Shown here piece after piece: positions 59,963 through 64,000 of a DNA stretch of 64,000 nt. Both the position numbers and the translations under genes were made by a program. The notes under the pieces were generated by a model that made no database searches, was not told the DNA's origin, and was given only the letters and a program-made list of their open reading frames with translations. Numbering within the stretch: the first letter of the stretch is position 1; every line of letters starts with the position of its first letter. Location: the NCBI GenBank assembly GCA_965197585.1, contig OZ240215.1, positions 64,001-128,000 of the forward strand, read 5' to 3'. Source of the DNA: Dehalococcoidia bacterium. Its GTDB lineage: Bacteria; Chloroflexota; Dehalococcoidia; Plut-88900.

Positions 59963-61477
59963 TTAGGACGTAGGCGAGGCCGACGCCGACGGCGCTGGCG
60001 AAGGCGTAAGCACCCTCGCATGGGGCCTCGTCTTGTGGAATGAGGCGACTACTGCTCCGAAGAAGAGGACGCCCATTACCATGAGGGTGGCGACCCGGAA
60101 GCCGTCGAAATAGTGGGCCTGGGCCTGAGCCTCGGTGAGGTCGTTGACCAGGGCGGGTATGAACATCGACAGGGCAGTCGCAGACGCTGTCGCCCCAAGG
60201 GCGTGGCCGATCTCGCGTGTGGTCTCCAGCAGGCCGGATGCTACACCTCTGTGCTCCAGGGGCAGCGCACTCATAACTGTCGCATTGTTGATCGGGTTGA
60301 ATATGGCTGTGCCCATGGTGATTGGCAGCATGAGGAAGGGCACGATCCACCAGCTGATGTTGGGGGCCAACAGTCCCAATGCAAGGAACCCTAAGGCTAT
60401 GGTTGCCATGGCCGCTGGGCGGAAGAGTCGGGACCCGTGCTTATCGTAGAGCCAGCCGGCGACCATGGGCATGAACAGCCCGACCCCCTGGTTCGGTATG
60501 AGGACGATCATGACGAAGATGGGTGAGAGGCCGAAGCCCTGCTCCATGAGTATCGGGACGAGGGTCATGGCCGCGAGCATCGAGAAGTGGAAAGCAGTGT
60601 TGGAGACCAGGGAAAGTGTGAAATACTTTTGCTGGAAGTGGCGGAAATCAACGATTGGGTTTCTGACCTTGTGCTCGACGAAGGCAAAGATGACAACGAG
60701 ACCCAGGAACAGGAATTGCATGGGGAGGTGGTAGGTGAGAGCCTCGGAGGAAGTGAAGGACTCCTCGCCCCCGTGCAGGTGGTTCGTGGAGAGGATCAGG
60801 ACGGAGGCGCTGGCAACGATAAAGCCCGCGCCTATGAAGTCGATAGGGCCCGTGTCGCGCTTCTCTTTGTCTTCGACTTCGGTCTGGGAACCCCGGATGA
60901 GGCCCAGTGAGGCGATAACGGCCAGGATGCCGATGGGTAGGAAAGTGGCGAAGGCGATGCGCCATGTGGCGAATTGCAGGGAGAGGCCGAAGCTGGCGAG
61001 GCCCAGCAGTGTGCCCAGGCGGGAGCCCATGATTGGCACCGCAAAGGCGCGGCCTCGCTCGTTGATCGGAAAGGCTGAGGCGAGTATGGCATTGGCGTTG
61101 CCGATCATCAGCGCCGCCCCCACGCCCGACACCGCCCTGAACGCCATGACCTCCCAAAGGCTTTGCGCGACGACTATAAGTCCCGCACCAAGGGTCGAGG
61201 AGATGACGCCAAGGACGTAAACGCGACTATGTCCGTACCTGTCACCAAGCCGGGCCCCGAGGAGTGCGCCACTGCCGAGTGCGAGGAGGTAGACGATGAC
61301 AATCCAGGCCGCCTCGTCGATGCCTACGGAGAATTCCTTGGCCAGGGTGCCGACGGAGAGGGCCACGGGAAGGCTGGACATCTGGGTCAGAATGTGGCCG
61401 GCGGCAAGCGCGAGCAACACCTGACGGCGTCGTTTCGTTGCCAGCAGAACGGAGAGGGACGCCGGGAGTCTCACCAT
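59963..61477 (-). CDS. MFS transporter (14-TM DHA2-like)
   Basis: ARLGDRYG motif A, ERGRA, many TM helices. Confidence 0.9.
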   Translation of the reverse strand: MVRLPASLSVLLATKRRRQVLLALAAGHILTQMSSLPVALSVGTLAKEFSVGIDEAAWIVIVYLLALGSGALLGARLGDRYGHSRVYVLGVISSTLGAGLIVVAQSLWEVMAFRAVSGVGAALMIGNANAILASAFPINERGRAFAVPIMGSRLGTLLGLASFGLSLQFATWRIAFATFLPIGILAVIASLGLIRGSQTEVEDKEKRDTGPIDFIGAGFIVASASVLILSTNHLHGGEESFTSSEALTYHLPMQFLFLGLVVIFAFVEHKVRNPIVDFRHFQQKYFTLSLVSNTAFHFSMLAAMTLVPILMEQGFGLSPIFVMIVLIPNQGVGLFMPMVAGWLYDKHGSRLFRPAAMATIALGFLALGLLAPNISWWIVPFLMLPITMGTAIFNPINNATVMSALPLEHRGVASGLLETTREIGHALGATASATALSMFIPALVNDLTEAQAQAHYFDGFRVATLMVMGVLFFGAVVASFHKTRPHARVLTPSPAPSASASPTS

Positions 61478-61572
61478 TCACCTGCTACGGGCGAATGGCG
61501 TCGAGCCTTATGTGCGCGGGTACATATGGTCTCCACCAAGGAACAATATATCACAACCCTTCCCATCCCTTC

Positions 61573-61853
61573 CGTCATTCTCGTGCCCAGACACGGGAAT
61601 CCAGACTCCCAACCCACGGTCCTGCCCCGCTCATCCTGAGCGCCGTCGAAGGGTCGAGCGGATACGCACGCCAGACTCCCACGATTCCTCCGCAGGAGCG
61701 CCTACTGTGCTCGCCCCCCATCCCACCCCTGGCATGTCATCCCGAGGCTCCGCGAGGGATCTAGGATTTGCCCACTCACACTCCATACCCTCGTCATCCC
61801 CAAGCACCCACGCCCCGCCTCGCTCATGCTGAGCTTATCTAAGGGTCGAGCGG
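61573..61853. repeat. Cluster of REP-like repeats
   Basis: GTCAT-family copies (61573, 61735) and GCTCAT(C/G)CTGAGC..GAAGGGTCGAGCGG copies (~61628, ~61821); related copies at ~53165, 54570, 58514, 63967. Confidence 0.75.
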
Positions 61854-62076
61854 ATGCAAACATCTGCCCCTCTCTATGGCACGCATCCTTGTCTTATGAG
61901 AAACGATTAATGAAGAAGCGTCTCCCAAGCACAAGCTCAACCAGAAAATCAAAAGCTAGGGGCAAAGAAGCATGAGTTTCCTCCTACCGTCGGCAAGGCT
62001 AACTTTGCCCCTCACTCATTGGGGGTTGTTTGCTCGTCTGCGCCCGAGCCGGTCAAATGCACCAAGTTTTAGCTCA

Positions 62077-62105
62077 TTGACACTGCCGAGGCCCTTTTGC
62101 ACAAT
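62077..62105 (+). promoter_or_regulatory. Sigma70-type promoter upstream of antiporter
   Basis: TTGACA-N17-CACAAT. Confidence 0.55.
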
Positions 62106-62274
62106 ACCCCTAACACAATCACGTTATGTGCCGACCGCAGAATGAACCCTCGTGCCGCGGGACCTCAAAAACAAGATGCTATTCTTCAGCGGCTTTACCC
62201 TAAGGTTCACTATTCCCATTTTCGCTTTAGCTGCTACCACCAAGAGGAATAGCTACTAGAAAGGGCTCTTCAAT

Positions 62275-63906
62275 TTGGATCTCCAGAATGCCGTCTTGTC
62301 AGTTGGGCTCCTCATTGTAGCTGCCAAGCTGCTCGAGGGCTTATTCAAACGGTTCAACCTGAATTCAATCATCGCCTATGCAACTACTGGAGTTGTCCTT
62401 GGTCCCCTAAGCGGAGTCGTTAAAACCAGCCCAGGCCTCGAAGTTTTTTTGGGCATCGGTATATTTGTCTTCTTTTTCCTAATAGGCTTGGAGGAGCTGG
62501 ACATTAGGGGATTTTTTGCGGCCATTCGTGGCCGTCTCTTCCTTGCCTCCGTATTGTCTGTGACCATATCGCTATTGGTGTCCCTGGCAGTCACCAGCGA
62601 TCACCTTTTTGATCTCCATCTAGGGCTAGACTTTACCGGAGCTTTGGGATTGGCTGGAGTGCTGTCCCTGTCCAGCCTTGGCCTCGTGGCCAGGGTGCTG
62701 ATTGATGAAGGCCGACTGAGAGAGCCTGTGGGAGTCCAAATCTTCACCGCTGCAATAATCGCCGAGCTAATCGCTTTGTTTGTTGTGGGATTCACCATAA
62801 GCGAACACTTTGACCCTGTGGGACGTGGCCACAGCCTGGACTGGATCAGCGTGCTGACCCTGGTGGGGCAAATTCTCGGATTTGCAGTTGCTACATGGTT
62901 CGTCTCCACCAAGTTGCTGCCCAGGGTGATCGTTCTGTTGCATCGATTCTTAAGAGTGCCGCAACTTTCTTTTGGGCTGTTGCTGGGCGGGCTTTTCTTG
63001 GTAGTGGCCTTGGCCGAGCAGGTTGGACTTCACGGGTCCCTTGGTGCTCTGCTTTTTGGTGCCGCTCTCTCCACGTTGCCGTACCAGGTTCGGCGCGACA
63101 TCATGCCGGGTATGAAAGGCACCGCCGAAGGGTTGTTCGTTCCCCTGTTCTTCGCCTCCGCAGGACTACATTTGAGCCTGGAGTTCCTACAGCTGCCCTT
63201 GGAGACTGTACTCGCGCTAACGCTTGTGCCTCTAGCCGGCAAATTCGTTGCAGCGTTTATCAGCGTATACATTACCCGCCTTCATGCTCCCTTCGCCACT
63301 GCCATGGGCCTGATGGCCAAGGGAGTGGCCGAAATCGCCCTTCTTCTCTTGCTCCTACAGACCGGTACCATTGACAAGGGAGTCTTTTCTTTGCTGGTTC
63401 TAGTCATGTTCGGATATATCCTTCTGACCCCCATGGGAATCAGTTTTGCAATTGGAAGACTTAAACATTCCGAAACTGTTATCCCCCGGGGACAAATGCC
63501 TCCCTCGTTGGATCGCTTTGCCCTGGAGGGCATCACGATAAAGGATATCCTGGACCGTTCTCGAAGCTACCCAGAGCAATCACTTACGTTAAAAGCGTTC
63601 GTTGACAGTTGGATTCTGCCGCAACAGAACGACTACGTGGTTGTAGATAAGGGGAAATTCGCTGGCATAGTGTCGTTGAGCATGTTGCGCTACCTTCCGC
63701 GCAGCGAGTGGGGGCACACTCACCTTGGCCGAGTGCTGCGCCGACATACGCCCAATGCTAATTCGGAGGAATTGGTGGAAGATGCTCTCCAGCGAATGAC
63801 TGAAAATTCGCTAACAGTGCTACCGGTACTGGACAAAAATACAGGTGAGTTCATCGGCACTGTTGCAAGCCATGAAATACTGGAATTGGTGATGTTTACG
63901 GTTTGA
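62275..63906 (+). CDS. Cation:proton antiporter (CPA2/Kef-like) with C-terminal CBS pair
   Basis: G.VLGP, FLIGLE, LGALLFG, FVPLFFASAGL, CBS-like C-terminus. Confidence 0.88.
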   Translation: MDLQNAVLSVGLLIVAAKLLEGLFKRFNLNSIIAYATTGVVLGPLSGVVKTSPGLEVFLGIGIFVFFFLIGLEELDIRGFFAAIRGRLFLASVLSVTISLLVSLAVTSDHLFDLHLGLDFTGALGLAGVLSLSSLGLVARVLIDEGRLREPVGVQIFTAAIIAELIALFVVGFTISEHFDPVGRGHSLDWISVLTLVGQILGFAVATWFVSTKLLPRVIVLLHRFLRVPQLSFGLLLGGLFLVVALAEQVGLHGSLGALLFGAALSTLPYQVRRDIMPGMKGTAEGLFVPLFFASAGLHLSLEFLQLPLETVLALTLVPLAGKFVAAFISVYITRLHAPFATAMGLMAKGVAEIALLLLLLQTGTIDKGVFSLLVLVMFGYILLTPMGISFAIGRLKHSETVIPRGQMPPSLDRFALEGITIKDILDRSRSYPEQSLTLKAFVDSWILPQQNDYVVVDKGKFAGIVSLSMLRYLPRSEWGHTHLGRVLRRHTPNANSEELVEDALQRMTENSLTVLPVLDKNTGEFIGTVASHEILELVMFTV

Positions 63907-64000
63907 GGTCACGATAACTGAGGCATCCTGCTTTGACGCTAGATTCTATGACTATCCCCCCACTCCCGCTCATCCTGAGCCCTGTCGAAGAGTCGAGTGG

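Noticed and set aside
62106-62274. Cation-sensing riboswitch in the antiporter leader
   Set aside because: No consensus I can recognise; would need an Rfam scan

Overview
GC-rich bacterial chromosomal window, most consistent with Chloroflexota/Dehalococcoidia (SAR202-like: LLM oxidoreductase, CoA-transferase III, P/T-linker lipoproteins); this is inference from gene content. Housekeeping blocks: speD-speE, tRNA-Gly(CCC), rny-ymdB-PHP-fabZ, trpS, fakA(DAK2)-degV-recG-argS, rpmB, argJBDG...argH-rpe. The main hidden signal is selenocysteine recoding that the ORF track splits into fragments. Five in-frame TGA codons each fall in a UxxC redox motif and are followed by a position-conserved hairpin. 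They define (i) two adjacent DsbA/BdbD-like lipoproteins, one with two thioredoxin domains and two Sec, and (ii) two UGSC-motif proteins. The UGSC active-site segment resembles the Sec domain of glycine/D-proline reductase selenoprotein B, and the genes lie among three paralogous 'TDGLPVVPPT' proteins of unknown function. Also present: an unassigned ~400-nt closed multi-hairpin element (ncRNA candidate, 50712-51111) behind a promoter with a LexA-like box, an intact IS481-family element inserted into a REP-like repeat with a 5-bp target duplication, nested MITE/REP/BoxC-like repeats, and two genes broken by single in-frame stops.
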